Shown here one piece after another: positions 25,256 to 38,652 of a stretch of DNA of 64,000 nucleotides. Source of the stretch: Diadema setosum (Eukaryota); assembly GCF_964275005.1 (NCBI RefSeq), contig NC_092698.1, positions 38,600,639-38,664,638 of the forward strand, read 5' to 3'. The notes below the pieces were generated by a model that made no database searches, was not told where the DNA came from, and saw only the letters and a program-made list of their open reading frames with translations. Position 1 is the stretch's first letter. Each line of letters begins with the position of its first letter. The position numbers were made by a program, and so were the translations under genes.

Positions 25256-26269
25256 CAGGTATTAGCTGATATGTGGTGGAATATAACATTCTTTGGACCG
25301 CCAGGGAGTTACATTATTTCGAGGGAAAACAATCACAACCAGGGAGAATATGACATTTACGATTCTCGTAAACAGTAGCCTGTGACGATCTGTTGACAAA
25401 TCACATCCTAGTAATTGTAAAAGCCATCGAATATACTCTTTTATGGCTATGAATAATATTATGTTATTTCTGCTTTGATTTATGGTGGAAATTGACTGAT
25501 TTTAAGACAGAGACTGAGATTATTTGACTTAAAGTATAACATCTCCTATATATTGTTCAGATGACAATTTTTGCATATTATTGCCTTATCAAAATGTTAT
25601 TGTGTATAAATTTCCTAACATAGTTTCCATGCCATAGCAGCTCAAAGTATACTGAGTTAACATTTTTTTTTTCCAGAAACAGACTTTGCTTCTAACTCAA
25701 ACTTGTAAGTTCTTAATGTGTGCAGATACCCTTGCATCCACATAATTTGCACAAGTTTATAATCAGTTTGATGTAAAAAGCCTCTTATTCGCTTGATTGC
25801 CTACAAAATACAATGGAAATCAGAATTCACACTTTCACTATAGTAGTATATTTTGTAATGATTTTCTAACCATGACCTCAGTTGTGTACTGTTTGCAAGG
25901 GAAAAACAGTCCTTTTGTAAGCAATATTGTTTCGATTTGCATCTGTTCATAATTATGTAGGCCCTACTCTTAGATTTGCATAATCATAATTATTTAAAGA
26001 GTGTCACTATCGATTGCTATTTTTCCCACCCTGCAAAGCATTTATGCAATGAGGGAAAATTGATAGCAAAAATTATTTCAAAGATCAATATGTTTCGAAA
26101 TTTCACGTCTGGTGTACTTATTTACATAATTTATGCATAAAATGCCTAAGTTAATTAAATAATATGGAAACAATTTAAGCAACTGAAAAGTGTTGTTGTG
26201 AGAATATTGTCTTATTCTATTAGCTTTTGGATGTTAAGTTCAAAGCGATTTAAGACATGTCACATTAAG

Positions 26270-26790
26270 GCTTTTTGTTTGTTCTGATTATCTATAGATG
26301 TGTAGGTATTGATATGCATATTATGCAAATAACAGGTTGTTTGCGTAGAGACAGTTTGTCTCTTCAGATGAATCATTTACTTTTGACCCAAGGAACATCC
26401 ATCCCAGGTTCAAACTTTGTACTACAAGATCCAGTGCTTAATAGTTTAGAAATTCTCTCAAAAATGCAGATTTTTGCGCAATAACTTGCATATTTATGTA
26501 AATTTTATGTTTATTTACATAGGTATGAAATCAATTTTTGCAGGAATTGTTTTCACTTACTCTATAGAATAATTCTAACAAATTAGGTATTTCTGCTGGA
26601 TGCACATATATTTTTAAATAATTTTTAATGTATTTTTGCATAAATTATGCAAATTAAGGCTTATTTGCATAGATACAGATTGTCTCTTTAGATGAAAATT
26701 TTTCAATTGCCCTAGGGAACATCTGTACCAAGTAGGACATTTGTACTATAAAATGCAGCGTTTACCCCCTTAGCAAGTCTACTACTAGCA
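26270..26790. repeat. Interspersed repeat family b, copy 2
   Basis: Reverse-complement match to 22004-22540. Confidence 0.55.
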
Positions 26791-26849
26791 GGATTCCCTC
26801 AGCAACATTGTAAGGAGTTGATTTAAATCTAATTTAGATACCCTCCAGT

Positions 26850-28100
26850 CTGGGAGGAAGTGAATTTGCATATGAATTTAGTCGGGTTGGAGGCATCCCA
26901 CATGCAGGTGTTTGACAGCTATTGTTCCACAGCATAGCTAAGTTTGCAGCAGCCAGCGTATGTATAGGCAGGCTCACAAGAAGTGAAGCTGCCACAACCT
27001 GTCTTGCCACCAGACAGACCAGACGCTGCAGAGCCTTGTCTAGCAGTGATGCCACAACTGGGGTGTCCAAGGCCCAACTGTAAGTTTCCGTTTGTCTTAT
27101 TTATAAATTTTGTAGTATGGATAATGGTTTGAGTTTGCTCAGATAGTAATTGGTACTGTATAGTTATATTTCTGGCGGTAAGCCGTATTCTATAATTATT
27201 GATACCCGGACAGTTTAGAAGCCCCTCCTTATTGTCTGCAGTTGTGATATGAATACAGTTTAAGTTAATTTAAGAAAGTTGATATAGGGTTTTTTGTTTG
27301 TATTCAAGTTTGATATGAGGAGGACTGAAGATAATAAAATAAGGTAAAAGAGTAATTTTGATAACGGAAGTTTGAAGTATAGTGCGGAATTGTGTCCCCG
27401 CGTAGTGAATTGTAATGATGATGATGTAGATTTAATTGTCGGCTGTATATTTTGAGATTAGGGTACATTTGAGAGGCCCTTGTGATATTTCCGTATTTGT
27501 TATATAAATGGCTAAAATAGGCTGTTTGAATGTATAATATATAATGCTTTTATTATGTTTTGAGTTGGTGATAGTAACAAGATGAACTTAAGGTGTTATA
27601 GAAGTTGATATTGTAAGACAGTTGTCCCGTGAGATGTTGTTTGTAATGTTTTCCAGACGGCTGTTAAGGGTATAGTGGAGCTTCGTCCACATAAGCTCAC
27701 ACAATCACCGGGTCGAGACTCCACAGGTGTCTCCTGTTCAGCCGCTGCCTGATCCGTTTGCCCGGATTTCCCTCGCCGAGTTCGAGACACACCCCCTCCA
27801 CAGTAACGCTGGTTACACGGGGCTGGATCCGTCGCCTTCGCTGAACCGCGGTCGACCGGTCGAAGGACGTCGTTGTCGCCCCGACACATTCTCCAAGCGC
27901 TTCGCGTTCGCCGTCTCCAAGGACGCAAGGCTGTCGTCGCATATGGAGAACGCCGATTCGCGAAGCAAAGTCAGTATGACAACATTTCCCAATAAATGAT
28001 AAACCGGAACCATAAGTTTGTATTGAACTGAACCCTGAACGCTGACCGACATTATGGTCAGGGATATCTTTTGTTGTGGCAAGCCACATGCCCACGCCGT
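26850..28100. other. GC- and CpG-rich island in an otherwise AT-rich window (core ~27650-28000)
   Basis: Visible compositional shift (many cg dinucleotides, e.g. ccgcggtcgaccggtcgaaggacgtcgttgtcgccccgac). Overlapping 80-130 aa ORFs on both strands are as expected from low stop-codon density. No recognisable protein motifs. Confidence 0.4.
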
Positions 28101-31100
28101 CTCATAATTATGTCAATATTGTGAGGAGTGTGATAGTACTGGGTTACTGAGTTAGTTTATAAGTCAAAAGATACATATGGAGAGTTATTAGTTTTGGAGT
28201 TAGAAGGTTGTTAGTATTTGATATATGGGATGACAGTCATTTAATCTGCGAGATATGTTTAAGCTCTGAGCTCAGAAGATTATTATATTGTACGACCGGA
28301 TGTATGATTTGAAGACTTGATTACATTTTAATAAATGCACACATAATTTCAACGGTACTTTATCTCTTCTTATATTTCATTTCGGGTGATCAAACTGCCT
28401 CATCTAGACCAATAAGCTAGGTCACTTGTAACACACTGTGACAAACATTCACTTTGGGATCAGCGGACTCACCCTTCCCAATGAGGGCAATACTTATCAG
28501 CACCACAAAGCCCAATTTCATTTTCCCCTCGTGGTGTTATATCGACTGTAACAGTTCAAAATATGGCGTGTAAGTCCCTGGAAACTATCAAAGAAATCTG
28601 TCGGGAAAAGGAGCAAGCATTGAAATTCGTAACAACTGACAGATTTCCCCTCTTTGAAGCCATGCACTATCGACTGAATGTCAATGTTTGTCCTCCTTTC
28701 CTTTTCCCGCGCTGTCTCAGAAAAAAAAAAATCACCATTATTGACATACAAGGCTGGATAGCAAGATATGCAAGTCATGCAATGTTTTGTTGACAGTATT
28801 CATCACGGGACTCTTGAAAGAAATATCATCGGAGTCTTCGAGGTTATCAGAGCTACTTAAAACTCCATAAACCTTTATTAAATTGAAATTATAACCGTCA
28901 ACAGGGTCGTTGCGTATGGCAAAGCGGGAAGGTGTGGTATGGCAGAGATAGGTATTAATCAATTTTACACCATTATTTTCTGTGTGATATGCTTTTTGTC
29001 ATAATAAACAAGAATGTTGAATTAATTTCTAGTCGCACTTTATTGCCTTGATGACTCAATGAGCAACGCGGATTTGTTTGGTGTTTAAATAAAAATTGAT
29101 GTTGAATGTAGATTTTATATGCTTACCTCACCTTTCTTTAAAGGCAACAGTCATGACAGTAATCTGGTTTAGATATGGAGAGGAGTTGACCAACCTAAGT
29201 CAAGAGCAGGGATGAGACTGCAAGACATCATGCGAAACACAATTTACTCTAATTTCATTCATTATCACTCAATGTTTATTTCAATTGTTTGTCAAATTGC
29301 GACTAATTTCATTGATGAAAATATGAAAGGTGCAAACTTTGCAAGTAATCAAAGATTCCCAACGAGTCCGATCCCTGACCACTCTGCCTTCTCGCATATT
29401 TGAACTCGACATCATGAACTCGGGGCCATGACAGTGTCAGCGTGTACCACTGTGTGCATAGCGTGTCGTGTTTTGTGTATAATGAATACCGTGAACCAGC
29501 GCGTGACGTTCATCGCCGAAAAACGATTGTCAACATTCAGAATAAAGGTTATAAGAAATGCGTCCTCCTCCATGTTACAGACGAAGATATTTGCCACTTT
29601 AGAAGAACGTGTACTGAAGAATGTTTTGTAACTTGGCCTATTGAATTCAAGCTTTGTTTGATGCTGAACCCCTTTACCTTTCCCCAAGTCAATATGGTAT
29701 AATGTATAATGTCTTGCTAAGCACACCTTGTGTAACATTTTGTGAATAACAATGTTATGAAAAAGACGATTCACCCCTTCTTTTTTTATGTTTGAAGGTC
29801 AGTATAATGTGATTCTTTGTGGCTGAATCTTGCTGACAGAGATTGCTAGATTGGAGTCAATAAAATCCTAGGAACTAGATCTCAAAATATCCAAAAATCT
29901 TGTGGCATCAAGTTATGGGATAATGCATATATATATATAGTTATCTTGGAACTTTCCACGTGTTGGACTTCGAATGTTGTAATTATTAGAAGGAAGAGTC
30001 TCAAGTACGCTGTGGATCCAACGATTACAAATTTTTTTATTACAAAATTTTCGGTCTGCCTCAGACCTTCGTCAGTGCAAAGACAATGATGGACAATGTT
30101 TATCATTAAGTCCCTCGACTTCGTCTCGGGACTTATAACCTTCCTCAATAGCATGTCAAACCCTTCGGGTGGAACATTCGGTATGTTCCCTCCCCCGCCA
30201 GTCATCATCTATTATACTGTTTTTATCACCACACGGTCGAAAGAGATATATACTTCATCTGCGTTGACTGGTAAAGCAAACCACTCTCTGTGCAACGTTC
30301 AGTTCTATGTATCATCGTATATGAGAGGTGATCAGTTTGGTATATAATATCCTGCATTTCATTGTTTCAGTCTTAAAGAATTAGTACAGTTATTAATTCT
30401 ATGACATAATGGGGAAATATGTTATATAAAAAAAAGTTTAATTCAATGGGTTTATTAAGGTTCATTGTCTCTTGAAGGTGAAACGTTTGGTACGTTTTAA
30501 CCATTCTTTCGACTATTTAATGATTTAAGCAAACTTATGATACTTACACACTACAATGCAAATTGGACATACTATGTTGGATTACACAATGAAGAATGAC
30601 GGGAAAAAATAAAATAAAACAGAACTCTCAAAGACAACTGATAGATGACAAGCAAGCGGAATGTATGTGCAAATGTCGTGGAGCAAACACTTCAGAGTGT
30701 TTATATTGACAATTCCTTTGGAATATCACCGTTGTAGAAAGATATGTCCTTTAGGATACTCCTGGTCAGATTTAGATTGTTCGTCAGTCACTTGACATGT
30801 CGATCATTTTTCCACTAGTCCTACAATACTTCACGGCAGAATTCGCTTACTCAGGTCTTCGCTTAAGATTTTAATCTAAGAAAACTGCTGTTGTACTTTT
30901 ATTTACAAGTAAAACCAGAATGACCACATGACTGCCACGTATCCAATGGTATCCGTGTTGTTGGTATCAGAAGGGCTCACATTTGATTCTTTAAAGACAA
31001 CTTTTGAAAACTCACAAAGAATTTGAATAACGATCAAGAATTAAAACAACTTTGTCAATCAGATGATGGGCACTGTCAGAGATAATTATAATCAATGTAG

Positions 31101-31560
31101 ACCTATCCAGACGCTAATTTAAACATAACAGGTACATGATAAGCCAAAGCATGCCCCTTAATTCAAATGTTACATTATACGAAATCATACAAAAAAGGTA
31201 AAACTATTAGAAAAGATAACAAATGAGGCAAAGAGGTCATGTGATCGAAGGAAGGTCTCGTGTTCGAACGGTGAAGATTTGTAATCCACTTTAGATCTTA
31301 GATTGCAATTTATATTATTATACCGAGGAGTTTATGTAACTTTTCATTGCTGATTGATAACAATACTCTAATATCTTTTATGATTATTTCAGACACTATA
31401 GTCTACACACTATGTGCTTCAAGGCATTCTGTTTTGCAATTTCCAGGCAATATTAAACTGACTCGGGCACTGTCTTGTCAAAGTAGCTCCAATTCAAATA
31501 AAGACATGTAGATGTAAATCGACTCCGTGCATTCAAGGTAGCTTATACGATCAAGCCAGA

Positions 31561-31676
31561 TTAACTGCAGGTAGGTTCATTCTTGTATTCCTCGAACGCC
31601 TGCTGCCATGCTGTCATCTCAGTCTTCCAGTCATTATAACTTTCCCGCCATTCCTTCTCAATGTCACTAATGTCGT
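31561..31676 (-). CDS. ChE-like-3 exon 10 (C-terminal Trp-heptad exon, including stop)
   Basis: Encodes DDISDIEKEWRESYNDWKTEMTAWQQAFEEYKNEPTCS, then TAA. Approximate. Confidence 0.6.
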
Positions 31677-32060
31677 CTGGAAAGAGAGTGAGACAGAATG
31701 AAGAATCGTTGTAATTACTACAATTAGCGCTCTTTCTTTTTAGAGTTCAAACTTACATGCTGCCCGTCAGGCCGTGCAGACCATTGGCAAATCTCAAAAC
31801 GTTTTGAAGTTGCTTTTCTGCCGAGGAATTTCTTATAAATCTCATATTTTAGTGAAGTTCTGTGATTGATGACATCTATACCCAATTTCATTAAAAAAAA
31901 AAAAAACAAACGAAGATGGCACATTCACACTCTTTACCTTGGAAGAAGATATGACGTTGAAAAAAAATTAAAAAGCCGAAGACAAATTATAAGGTTAATT
32001 GCTGAGCGATTTATATCAAACATATAGTATAACGAAGTGATTATGCTCTCGAAAAAATAC

Positions 32061-32242
32061 CTGTAAAAGCCACGAGCGACGGGAAGTAGTGGTTCCAGAA
32101 ATGGCACTGCCTGGCTCTGACAGCCCTCCCTGTTGGCAATCCTATGGCTATCTCCTTGTATGTGAGTTCAGGGATCGTGTACTCTGGCCAGGTGTACTGT
32201 CCTTCCCACGGGTCTGAATCCATGCTCGGCTTACTGGGATTT
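32061..32242 (-). CDS. ChE-like-3 exon 9
   Basis: Encodes NPSKPSMDSDPWEGQYTWPEYTIPELTYKEIAIGLPTGRAVRARQCHFWNHYFPSLVAFT. Anchored on ORF 32041..32268. Confidence 0.7.
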
Positions 32243-32515
32243 CTACCATATACATATAATAGTTGCAATCCATTAATGCATTAAGTTTTTTTTTTCTTTA
32301 AATGCCTTTCTCACGCTGTCACATGCAAAATGGAATCAATGTTTTTAAAGGCACTCAGAATTAAAATGAATTAAGGAATTTTGTCTTCAGTAAAATACAA
32401 ACAAGAATATCATCTATCCAGAGCACAGAACAATATCATCAAAGATAAGAGGTATTTGTAGCTTTTTAGATATTAGCAAACTATTTCATTTTAGTAAATC
32501 AAATGACTGACTTAC

Positions 32516-32710
32516 CCGGTCTTGGCAAAGTTGGTCCAGAATTGCATCATCATAACGGAGAGGGCGTTTTCCTCTTCAGTCATGTTGTGTCCTTTGACGT
32601 GGTACAGCTCATCAATGAAAGGGACGCCAAACACAAAAGTCATTTCTTCTCCATGTGCTGCGCCAAGCCAAGGAGTGTTGGGAGCAATTCCTTCGTACTC
32701 ATAGAAGCTC
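32516..32710 (-). CDS. ChE-like-3 exon 8
   Basis: Encodes KSFYEYEGIAPNTPWLGAAHGEEMTFVFGVPFIDELYHVKGHNMTEEENALSVMMMQFWTNFAKTG, then a gtaagt donor. Confidence 0.65.
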
Positions 32711-33839
32711 CTGGAAAAAATAAAACATTAAGAATATTACGCTGTTCTTACCAACACAAAACAACTGATACGAAAGAATACTTAAATGAGTTTGGAAAGT
32801 CTCTAACTGAATAAAAATTGAAATATTGTGTAGTTGAATTCACTCAACATGCCAATATCCTCAACTGTCTCTCTAAAAGTGTCTAAAGTAAAAACAAACA
32901 AACAGACAGACAAACATCGACATTAATTGTTGTCCACTTAAGGATTAGGTTGCATCTGTTTTGGGTTTGAGAATGGCAGGCAATTCTATTTTGTAAATTA
33001 TGCATTGATGTGTCGCCAATAACAAATAATGCGCGCGTTAAACCACGGAACCAATTCGCACGAAAGCATATAATTTTATGAAATAATAGCAATTATTACA
33101 AACTACATGATTAGGTTCTGTGAGAGAAATGCTTCCAATTATGGGCATGAGGTAAGCCTACTTATGTTGCTGTGTGACCATAATGATGACCAATCACAGA
33201 AGGTATGTCGAGCTACTTAGGTATGTGATAGAGCGTGGGGGGGGGGGGGTCCTCCCAGGCCTTTTCGCCATAAAAACTCCAAAAGGGCATATTTTTGGTG
33301 TACATATTCTTTTTAGTGTTCTTCACAAATGTAAGTGAAACACATGACTGTGCTATCAAAAATAATTTCTTAAGAATTCTGTTGTTTCTTTAATTTCTGA
33401 CGTATTTCCTTGTTTGTCGACTTTCTGTTTTTCAATGACCTTTGTCGGTGACACTGCTGCGAGGGTGAAAATATGTCACTGACTGAATCGACAAAAAGGA
33501 AAAACAAAAGGAAAAATAGACATTTTCAAACAAAATTAGACCGAAGGTAAATTTACATTGAAATTGTACATGGATTCACGTTTTTGAGCCAGTTAGGTCT
33601 GACATGTATGTAGAGCCTACATATCGTTATGCGTAATTTCAAAACCGCTCGCCCAGGTGGCGCAAATTTGATTTCAAAAGGTGCGAGAGACTGGAAAGTA
33701 AAAGAGTAGTGAAACATCGCGACGATAGTTGTTGTTTCTTTTTTTTCCGATGCTGACATGTCGCGTGAAATGTCGAAGGGGGCTCCCAGCAACCCCCCTC
33801 GATTTAGTAAAGGTTAATGGGACGGCTGGTGATCCATAC

Positions 33840-34285
33840 TTTGTAGGTACGTGGGTCATGAAGTACTGATAGACGGGCCCGCCGTGTGCTGCATGTGCTC
33901 TAGTGATGTAATCAGTTGGACAAACGAACATCAAATCTCCAAAGAAATCCACCACGGAGTCGAAGTAATCCGCAGTAATGTCGTCTGCAATACTCCAGTC
34001 GGTATACTCCTGATCTACAGAGTCGTATATGATGGCATCATCCAGACCGTTGTAGAAAGCCAGCTGGAATTGAATCGCTGCAAGGTAGGCAGCTCGGTCG
34101 TAAGGGGGCGGTGTTTCGCTACCCCTGTAGTCGGGAAAAGGTCCGTATAATAAGAAAGTCCCCTCATCCTTGTTGAAGCCGGCAATGATTGGTACATGGG
34201 CAAAGTCCCCTTTGCTGTAGAGGTTTTTTGGTGTATCTTCGAGAAACGTACCGTCCAGAGTCACTTGATACCCTCCAATATATAC
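33840..34285 (-). CDS. ChE-like-3 exon 7
   Basis: Encodes VYIGGYQVTLDGTFLEDTPKNLY...GFNKDEGTFLLY...FGDLMFVCPTDY...VYQYFMTHVPT, then a gtatgg donor. Anchored on ORF 33674..34393. Confidence 0.75.
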
Positions 34286-35066
34286 CTGAGCATTGTGGTG
34301 GCGGAAGAGGGTACTATTTACATAAAAAACAAATGATGTGTGAACAACTTGTTTGACAAAGCATAATCTTATATAGCCTATAAGGTGATACACGAAGTAT
34401 TGGCAGCTGATAGTTTGCGCATGTCACAATCTTTAACATTAATTATTTTAATGGTTTGGAGTTCTTGTTCGTAGTTACTGAAAACAGAACAGACAACATC
34501 ATGTGTTGGTGTGTACACCACTAATCTATCTACGAATCCTGCACGCACGCCCGCATACACACGCACACATCGACTTTTCTTATTGGGTATTTATTGCCTA
34601 CAGAGGCTTGGAAATTGAGCAAATCTGGAACCTATCTCCAGAAATAAGCATGAATTTAGTAACAATTATTTATGGTATGAAGCCAACTCCAAACAATTTA
34701 CAGCACATTTTAGCTATTACCGGCCGTGTCAATTTTATTCACATTATGTTTTTTAACATCTTGTGATAATTAAAGATGTTATAAGAATGGATATTGCAGT
34801 AAATTTTAGTAAATTATGAATTGAAAGACGGAATCAATGTTCTTGTCAATCCAGCAGAAACATTTTTCAAATTTCTTTTATAGTAGAGGTGATGACATCA
34901 TCGCCTCATCTAGTGTGATCTGCCGTCTCATAATATTTCATGAGAAAATGTGAAATTTGATACTTCTACTACTCTTCTTCTGAGTTTACCCTATCCATGA
35001 ACGCGTCCATGAAAATCCATCAACTGGTGGAGTGATTTTTTCTTTAGATAGAGAGTACTAGGGTAC

Positions 35067-35267
35067 TACAAATGGTGCACCGCGTTGCCATGGCAGCCAT
35101 ACCATCTCGGCGGTCTCTCTCAGTTTGTTGGCATCCTTCTCTCTGAGACATTCCACCAGAGCCTCAGAACTCGACGTGCTGCAATTCATGGCCACGCCCA
35201 CAGCTCTCGACTGCTCAAGCTCCCTATCTAGATCGTTGAAAGCCCAGTCAGCCACTGCCGTCCCACT
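35067..35267 (-). CDS. ChE-like-3 exon 6
   Basis: Encodes SGTAVADWAFNDLDRELEQSRAVGVAMNCSTSSSEALVECLREKDANKLRETAEMVWLPWQRGAPFV. Anchored on ORF 35058..35366. The donor is gtaccc, or gtagta 3 nt upstream. Confidence 0.65.
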
Positions 35268-35478
35268 CTGCATCAGTATTAACATAAAAAAGGAAATGAA
35301 ATAGGTCACTGGAATGTATCCGCAGAAAACATACACAGAAAACAGCAGATGCAGAAGTAAAAGCATTGAAACACTGGCACACCTTTTACTGGAAAGTCAT
35401 CATGTATGTAGTTTTTGGGAAGAATATCTAAAATGATGACACACGAAATTTGATGTCAGCCTTTAGTCGAAGGACGAA

Positions 35479-38400
35479 TGACTGTCGGGCTTCCACTGCC
35501 AAGAAAGCGGTATGCCACAATGATCAGCGCCTACACACCCGCGATGACCAGCCCTGATGATGTCAAGGAAAGGTTCAATGAGAACCTGCAAGCGACCACT
35601 CCCGCTGTGTCCAGATTAGATAAACTCATCACCCTTGGTGACTTCAGAGCTAGGGTCAGCGCCGACTATGCATCATGGAAAGGAGTTCCAGGGAAGATGG
35701 TCTGGGCAAATGCAATAGATGGCTTATTGCTACTGGAAACATGCGCTGTACATCAGCTACTCATTACCAACACAGTCTTTTGTCTACCCAACCGTAACAA
35801 GACGACATGGATGCATCCTCGCTCCAATCACTGGCACTTGCTGGATTACATCATCGTCAGACAAAGGGACAGGCAAGACGTTAGAGTCACTAAAGCCATG
35901 TGTGGTGCAGAGTGCTGGACAGATCACCGCCTATTGATCTCAAAGCTCAGTATCAGGATTCAACCACGTAGACGTCTTCAGGGAAAGAAGACATTGAAAC
36001 GTTAGATGTTTCAAAGTTGGAGAGAGATCAGGCCAAGCAGCCACTCGTTAAAGAGATCGACAGCAAGCTGCAACAACAAAGTTCAACTCACTGGACGATG
36101 AGTCCGACTGGATTCTCCTTCGCAGCATTGTCTATGACGCTGCCTCAGAGATGCTAGATCCCATCACATGAAAGCGTTATGACTGGTTCGCATTCAGTCG
36201 TTTAAGCATCGCCTTCACCGAGCAGACCTCAACGACCCGACATCAGCGTCCAAGAAAGCTGCTTTTTTTTTCAACATCAGAAGAAGCGTACAGCTGGAAC
36301 TACGGCAAATGCAGGATGCACGGCTGAGCGATAAAGCTGTTAAGATCCAGTCTTATGCTAATCGCAACGACATGGAAAACTTCTACAGAGAATACCGGAT
36401 CACTTCAAACAAAAATTGAAGATCTAGTTAAGTATCTTTATATCCCTTTATATGCACTGGACTTGTACTATCACTGCCTGGTAATTTGTATATAAATTAT
36501 ATGTTATCTCCTATGGCGACCAAGGATGACATCTCATAGCGCTTTTTATAGTGAAAAAGGCGCTCTTAAAATATCAACTATTATTAGAGCGCTCAAGATT
36601 TGTATTTGGACAAACTTCGTTGGGACTGTCTCCCCCAGTGCAGATGGAAACGTACTGATCACAGATCAGAAAAAGGTTCTTGAACGCTGGGCAGAACAGT
36701 TCAGAAATGTCCTCAATGGTCGATCCAGCTGCCATCAGCGAGGAAGCGATCACAAGGCTGTTCCAGGTTCCAACCAATCACTCACTTGCCAATATCCCCA
36801 CAGAAGCTGACGTGGAAGAAGCAGTAAAACACATATCTTGTGAAAAAGCACCTGGCGCTGACTCCATCCCTGCAAAAATCTGCGCCTCTGGTCGCCAAAC
36901 CTTCACTAGAAAGCTCACTGAGGTATTCCAATCTGTATGGAACCAAGAGAAAATCCCGCAGAATCCCTATGGATGCTTCCATCGTCCATTTGTACAAGCG
37001 CAAAGGAAATCGACAAGCGTGCGACAACCACCACGGCATCTCGTTGCTATTTGTTATCGGAAAGATCTTTGCCAGAATCTTGTTGAACCGCCTGATCGAC
37101 CACTTAGAGGAAGGCTTACTGCCTGAACGTCAACGCGGGTTCAGACAGGGTCGCAGTACAGTGGTTATGATTTTCGCAATACGTCAACTCCAAGAGAAAT
37201 GCCAGGAGCAGAGCTAGTGTCGGTATCTACACCACCTTCGTAGACATGACTAAGGCTTTTGACACCGTATGCCGAGAAGGACTCTGGATGATCATGCCCA
37301 AGTTTGTCTGCCCTGCAACGCTCATCTCATTGGTCAGACAGTTCCATGACTGCATCCAAGCTAACGTGCAGGATGACGATGAACGCTCAGAGCCCTTCCT
37401 TGTCATAACGGCGTGAAACAAGGCTGCGTCCTCGCCCCTACCCTCTTTAGCATGGTGTTCGCTCATCTATGCAGACAGATGTATTTCGTGAGGGTGGCAT
37501 CGGAGTGGACTGCAAATTTAGAACTGATGGAAATCTGTTCAACATACGGAGACTGCAGACAAAATCAAAACTCCAGGAGGATATCGCCCGTGACTTTCTT
37601 TTTGCTGATGACTTTGCCCTGCATGGTAGAACCCAGTCTGACATGCAGGAAAGCATTGACCAATTCGCCAATGCCTGTGACGACTTCGGTCTGACGATAA
37701 GCATAAAGAAGACTTTAGTGATGCATCAGCCCAGGGAGGTGGGAAGAGAGTTTTCCACCTCCCTGATCAGCCAGCTCCTGCAACCATTCACTATACACAA
37801 AGCCAACCATCACGGTCAACGGCGAGAAGTTGAAAGTGGCAGAAAAGTTACCTATCTAAAGTAGCATATTAAATGTTACGAAATATCTACATCGAAGAAG
37901 CCGCGAAGTCTCCCGCAGAATTGCCAGGGCCTGCTCGGCTGTCAGCAGACTCAGAGACAGGGTGTAGGAGAAAAGAGGAAAACCTTCAAAACAAAGTAAA
38001 GCTGTGCCGCGTAGTCGTCATGCCCTCTCTACTGTACACCTGCCAAACATGGACAGTGTACAGCCGGCGTGCCAGGCAGCTGATGTACTCCTTCCACATG
38101 AGATGCCTCCGAAATCTGCTACACGTAAAATGGCAAGGGAAGGTGTCAGACACCGAAATACTTTCAGGGAGACCAGATGGAGAGTTTTGATGCGATGCTC
38201 AAGTGCTCCCAACTCAGATGGGCCGGGCATGTACTTCGAATGTCCGACGAATATTTGTCAAAGTGACTGCTCTACAGTGAAGTAATGAAAGGCAAGCGCT
38301 CTCAAGGAGGTCAGAAGAAGCGCAACTGTACAAGGACACACTAAAAGCTTGGATGAAATGCTGCAGCATCAATCCTGACACATGTGAAGCAGCGGCACAA

Positions 38401-38652
38401 GACCGATCTGCCTGGCGAGCCGTGGTCAGCTCTGGTTTATAAGGCTACGAAGTAAAACGTGTGGAGGAGCAGGAACAACTACGGCAGCGACGAAAAATAG
38501 CAGAGCAACCTCTCAGCCTGGCCTACCTTCGGCATTTCCATACACACTGCACCAGATTTTTCGGAACGAGGATCGGACTGATTAGCCATCTTCGCACCCA
38601 CGGTATGTAGTGTTACTGGAAGTTATGGTCGTATTCGCCTGCGAAGGACGAA
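35479..38652 (+). mobile_element. Non-LTR retrotransposon (L2/CR1-like LINE), decayed, in intron 5 of ChE-like-3, antisense to the gene
   Basis: Plus-strand endonuclease ORF 35478..36005 (...LITLGDFRARVS...HLLDYIIVRQRD...). Reverse-transcriptase pieces: ISLLFVIGKIFARILLNRL, QRGFRQGRSTV, GVKQGCVLAPTLFSMVF, FLFADDFAL. C-terminal RCLRNLLHVKW. Multiple frameshifts. Flanked by a direct repeat cgaaggacgaa (~35468 and ~38645). Confidence 0.7.

Noticed and set aside
16783-25258. A single ~8.5 kb Foldback-type transposon, with ~1.2-1.4 kb subrepeat-built inverted arms, that had captured exons 1-4 of ChE-like-2.
   Set aside because: Each arm carries its own perfect 8-bp target-site duplication and its own short TIRs. 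They are two independent insertions of one non-autonomous element family in opposite orientations.
26834-28095. Overlapping 78-132 aa ORFs on both strands as candidate genes.
   Set aside because: GC-rich DNA has few stop codons. The ORFs overlap in multiple frames and show no recognisable domain. Kept only as a compositional anomaly (see findings).
29412-30347. ORFs 29412..29774 (-), 29882..30208 (-) and 30096..30347 (+).
   Set aside because: No motifs, AT-rich low-complexity translation. 30235 onward belongs to the duplicated 3' flank shared with 48835 onward.
33851-34150. Plus-strand ORFs antisense to exon 7 of ChE-like-3. Similar antisense ORFs occur at 52932..53207, 3342..3566, 32503..32814 and 51363..51644.
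   Set aside because: They are exactly complementary to well-supported minus-strand carboxylesterase exons. Antisense ORFs opposite coding exons are a common artefact.
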